Part shown: positions 63,355 to 64,000 of the stretch, one piece after another
Position numbering within the stretch: position 1 is the stretch's first letter
How the letters are laid out: each line of letters begins with the position of its first letter
Assembly: GCF_902459465.1 (NCBI RefSeq)
Contig: NC_047067.1
Coordinates: 20,646,001 to 20,710,000 of the forward strand
DNA length: 64,000 nucleotides
Reading direction: 5' to 3'
DNA from: Asterias rubens
Lineage: Eukaryota
Program-made: the position numbers and the translations under genes
The notes under the pieces: generated by a model
What the model was told of the DNA's origin: nothing
Seen by the model: only the letters and a program-made list of their open reading frames with translations
Databases searched by the model: none

Positions 63355-64000
63355 AATTTGAGACCCATCCCAGTTTTCCAGCAATCTTAAACTTGGAGAC
63401 TGTCTTTTACACATGACGAACTTCCTTTGGTTAAATTGTGAGGCAAAGCGGGGGGAAACAAATTTCGAGGGTGAAAAAAACGTCAATCTTACCTACCCTT
63501 GACAGTCTCCAAGTTACAGGTTGCTTGAACAATAGGATGGGTCTCAAATATTCATTTTAATCTGGATTTTAAACCGTCGTACTATCCGAAATGAGGCATT
63601 ATCTCAAAAAGTAGCCATCGTAGACGACTAAAACCAAGATTTTCCTGATCCTCGCCCCTAATTACACCTAGGTATGAAATTTCAGGCGATTTGGAAGACA
63701 ACAATTTCGGCCGATTTTTGAAAAAACTACAAGGGGGTAAGCTTGACGTTTTTTCAGCCTCGGAAACATTTTCTCTCCGAATTGCCTCAAAATTTAACCA
63801 AAGGAAGTTCGTCATGTGGAAAAGACAGTCTCCAAGTTACAGGTTGCTGAAACAATAGGATGGGTCTCAAATATTCATTTTAATCTGGATTTTAAACCGT
63901 CGTACTATCCGAAATGAGGCATTATCTCAAAAAGTAGCCATCGTAGACGACTAAAACCAAGATTTTCCTGCTCCTCGCCCCTAATTACACCTAGGTATGA
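63355..64000. repeat. 323-bp tandem repeat (63501, 63824, running off the window) preceded by an inverted partial copy
   Basis: 63501-63677 is nearly identical to 63824-64000; 63359-63493 is the reverse complement of 63736-63870. Confidence 0.92.

Overview
AT-rich eukaryotic (metazoan, probably marine invertebrate; repeat style suggests a sea star, unverified) genomic DNA. Most of the window is one + strand, intron-rich tensin-family gene. I can chain 20 exons with GT-AG sites and consistent phases from 21997 to the stop at 53171. They encode a C1 zinc finger, a PTEN-like PTP domain, a C2 domain, a long Pro/Ser-rich region and a C-terminal PTB domain. The SH2 domain expected before the PTB is absent, and a 500-N assembly gap (49957-50456) lies exactly where it should be. 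A likely first coding exon (7580-7606) encodes MGKCLSTLK, an N-myristoylation consensus. The introns hold many young minisatellites, several MITEs (some with clear TSDs), tRNA-derived SINEs and LINE remnants. Downstream of the gene (57880-64000) is a modular repeat domain: 11 tRNA-like Pol III cassettes on the - strand (A box, B box, mostly with a T-run terminator; 8 with a CTA anticodon), flanked by ~320-bp repeats in inverted orientation. Almost all supplied ORFs are spurious or intron read-throughs. I found no CRISPR, rRNA or prokaryotic features. All coordinates and counts were read by eye.
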